Assembly: GCF_004010195.1 (NCBI RefSeq)
Contig: NC_057718.1
Span: forward strand, 62,790,311-62,854,310
Length of the DNA: 64,000 nt
Source of the DNA: Chiloscyllium plagiosum
Taxonomy: Eukaryota
Reading direction: 5' to 3'
In this document: piece by piece, positions 61,185-64,000 of the stretch
How positions within the stretch are numbered: the first letter of the stretch is position 1
How the letters are laid out: every line of letters starts with the position of its first letter
Notes under the pieces: model-generated
What the model was told of the DNA's origin: nothing
The model's input: only the letters and a program-made list of their open reading frames with translations
The model's database searches: none
Translations under genes and position numbers: made by a program

Positions 61185-61360
61185 ACTGTAAATGTTGAAG
61201 ATCTCAAACAAAAACAGAAGTTGCTGGAGGAACCTAGCAGGTCTGGCAGCATCTGTGGAGAAAAAGCAGAGTTTAGGGTCACTAAACTTGAAATGTTAAC
61301 TCTGTTTTCTCTCCATAGATGCTGCAAGACCTACCGAATTCCTCAGGCAATTTCTGTTTT
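61185..61360. mobile_element. PLE-derived hairpin (gaaa(c/t)gttaact family; relatives at ~33920-34050, ~48850-48970, ~52290-52390)
   Basis: gcagcatctgtggagaaaaagcagagtt pairs with aactctgttttctctccatagatgctgc. Confidence 0.65.
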
Positions 61361-61635
61361 AACATCAATTGTATTTCAATTGTTTGTGATGTCAATGACA
61401 GAAGATTTAAATGTTTCCTTTATGATGCCTGCACATTTATCTCAGCAAACTATTAAAAAATTAACTATTGCAAATAGCTTTTTTAAACAAGGAAATTTAA
61501 AATGAATAAAACAGCTTCTAACAAATTACCTTGACACGACGAAACATTATGATAAATAAATTGCAAGTAATAAACTCACAGATGTTTAAGTTTAGTAACA
61601 ATGGACTATTATAAACTGATGTATAAATAACATAC

Positions 61636-61676
61636 CCTCATGCCTGGACCGGTGATCTGACTGAGCTTTAAGCACT
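61636..61676 (-). CDS. USP34: USP34 small exon: (R)VLKAQSDHRSRHE(V)
   Basis: 41 nt; cag acceptor, gtatgt donor; phase 2 to 1. Confidence 0.93.
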
Positions 61677-62486
61677 CTGTAATTTTAATTTAAAAAAGAA
61701 CAAAAATTGATAAATAAGCTCCTTAAATTATTTGTGAAATATAATTTGTTGCAATTGTAATGGGCTAAATCTTGCTGGAGCAGGAAAATCTTGCAGCGTT
61801 TCTATTACTCAGGCCTTTCCCTACATCTTTAAGCTTCAAAGTCTTTTTTATAGAACAACTTGTTGAAGTATGAGCTAATTAACAGTACAACTGTGTCAGA
61901 GCATTTAGAACATTTAAAAATTTAAAAATCTAAAAGATTCTGTTTTACTAATGAGATTTTAAGTATAGGAAAGAAATAGGAGAAGGTTTAAAGTCAATAC
62001 TAGAGGCAAATCGAAATATTAAAAAGATTGAATTGAGAGTGAGAGGGAGAGAGACACACACAAAAGGGATTTTATAAAAGGTTTAAATTATTGTTATATT
62101 TCTAATAACAATTTAATAACAGATAAAACTTTAACACTGAGATCTTTCTGGATTAGAGAAATTTCCATTTAATTAATAAATTATTAAACGGGGTGCTTCA
62201 TTCTATTATGAGTTCAACATTTTGGGGCAAGTGCTTACAAGTTCAGGAAATTCTTGAATATACCAGAAAATGTGATAATTAAAAAGCAAGTTATTTGGCT
62301 TTGCATCTCATGACGTACTGCTTCATTTCCTGAACTTGCTGGCTAATTTGAAAATGATTAATTATGTATGTTACTAACGTGCTATTGTTTCTCCAGGAGG
62401 ATTTAGCCCAATATTTTAGAAGTCTTTCAGGTATTCCCTTGTTGAAACAGTGCAAAAATAAATTTAAAATATTTTTTAAAAATTAC

Positions 62487-62569
62487 CTATGAGCCAAGTT
62501 GCTATAGGTGTAAGCAACAGACATTAATCGATAAATCAAACTTGATCCATGCACCAAACCAAGAAACAC
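62487..62569 (-). CDS. USP34: USP34 exon: VFLGLVHGSSLIYRLMSVAYTYSNLAH(R)
   Basis: 83 nt; tag acceptor, gtaatt donor; phase 0 to 2, in frame with its neighbours. Confidence 0.93.
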
Positions 62570-62681
62570 CTAAAAATAAAAGGAAAAGTTGTATTTCCTC
62601 TGACACAAAGTGCAATACCATCAACTACATTTACAGATGAAGCTTGATAAAATAGCAAAATAATTAGAAAAAGGTACTAGC

Positions 62682-62882
62682 CTCAGTCAAACGAGGTATA
62701 TGCAATCCTTTCCCATGATCTCCAGCTCCTTTTCTTGATTTACCAGGCCAAGTCCTTTTCCTATGGCTGTCAGATATACCAGACCAGGCATAGATATCGT
62801 GATAAGCCAGATCCAAGTCAACTGGATCAACTGCAAACTGGCACATTAGCTTCAGCAGACAAGCAAGGCAGTCCAGCTGCCA
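62682..62882 (-). CDS. USP34: USP34 internal exon (first in window): WQLDCLACLLKLMCQFAVDP...HIPRLTE
   Basis: 201 nt; cag acceptor at 62883-62885; peptide matches vertebrate USP34 as I recall it; donor reads GAG|GCTAGT (non-canonical GC). Confidence 0.93.
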
Positions 62883-64000
62883 CTGGGAATATGCAAGATA
62901 GTAACTAAATCAAACTCAATTTTTAAACACTGTTTGAAAAAATAGCATCAGTATTGGTCTTCTAAAGAAAGCAAACAGGTCAGTATAAACTTCTATTTAG
63001 AAGCGATGCACTAAACTATTACCAGTAAAAACAAAATCAACAATAAGATTTTCTCTATTACCCATGCTGAAAACATTTCATATAAATGAACATACAACTA
63101 TTAGCCATAATCTGAACTTAAAGCAGTTGCAAATGATTCTGGCTTGTATCCCAACATGCTCCATTCAACACACACACAATATTTCAAAACCCAATTTAGG
63201 GGAAAGATTGAATGTAATTTTCACAACCAGTTGCAGTTTTTGACTGAATTGCTACACTGCAATCACCAATTTATGGCTCTATTTTGCCATAATCTTCTTC
63301 TAGTTTATAATTCAATTAGTGTTTAATGTCCTACAACACAAGTCTTGCTTTACTATTTTAAAACTAACACTGACAACCTTTGAGATCAAAGGGTTAGTTA
63401 TGATTTAATCACAGATGTGTTAAAACACTGTCCTTTAAACTGTAGTATCAGCATTCAAATCCAGACAGGTTAACGAGCCAAAAAAAAAGTATCTTTCTGT
63501 AAATGCAAGAGTTTAACTTATTTTTGTTCACTCATGGGATGTGAGCATTGTTGGCTGACCAGCGTTTATTGCCTATCCCTAGTTGCTCGAGAAGATGGTA
63601 GTGAGCTGCCTCTTCAACTGCTGCAATTCATGTGCTGTAGGCAGACACAGCAGCATTAGGGAGGGACTTCCAGGATTTTGACCCAACCACACTGAAGAAA
63701 CAGCAATATATTTTTAAGTGAGGATGGAGAGTGGCTTGCAGGGGAACTTGCGTGGGTAGTGTTCCCATGATGTGCTAGATGAAAGTGGTCATGAGTTTGG
63801 AAGATGTGTGAGGAGATTTGGTAAATCTTTGCAGTGGATGATACACATTGCTGCTGTAGTGTCAGTTGTTGGAGGGAGTGAATGTCCATGGATGTGATGC
63901 CATAAATAGACTGTTTTTGTCCTGGATGCCGTCAAGCTTCTTGAGTGCTATTGGAGCTGCACTCTTCCAGGCAAGCAGGGAGCAATCCATCACACTCCTG

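Noticed and set aside
62676..62677. Canonical GT donor 4 nt inside the intron as the main site
   Set aside because: It would frameshift the next exon, which begins in phase 0 with GTG.

Overview
Vertebrate genomic DNA, very probably from a cartilaginous fish (shark), judged from its HE1-type V-SINEs, CR1/HER1-type LINEs and Deu-domain SINE. The window holds 15 internal coding exons of the deubiquitinase gene USP34 on the minus strand (62882 to 3619; 1676 nt, 558 codons plus 2 nt, joined in one continuous frame). They cover the region before the catalytic domain and the first half of the USP domain, including the Cys box GLTNLGATCY. The introns are packed with decayed CR1 LINEs, SINEs, an internally deleted Gypsy LTR element and many Penelope-like element (PLE) derivatives. 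The most notable signals are: (i) at least four families of minimal hammerhead-ribozyme motifs, carried by PLE ends and by short hairpin mini-elements with 10-17 bp target-site duplications (TSDs); (ii) a ~300 bp-arm PLE palindrome whose spacer is a 67 bp copy of nearby USP34 intron sequence; (iii) a tandem array of ~11 tRNA-like units; (iv) a GC-AG intron. Family names and the USP34 identification come from recalled sequence knowledge, not from a database search.
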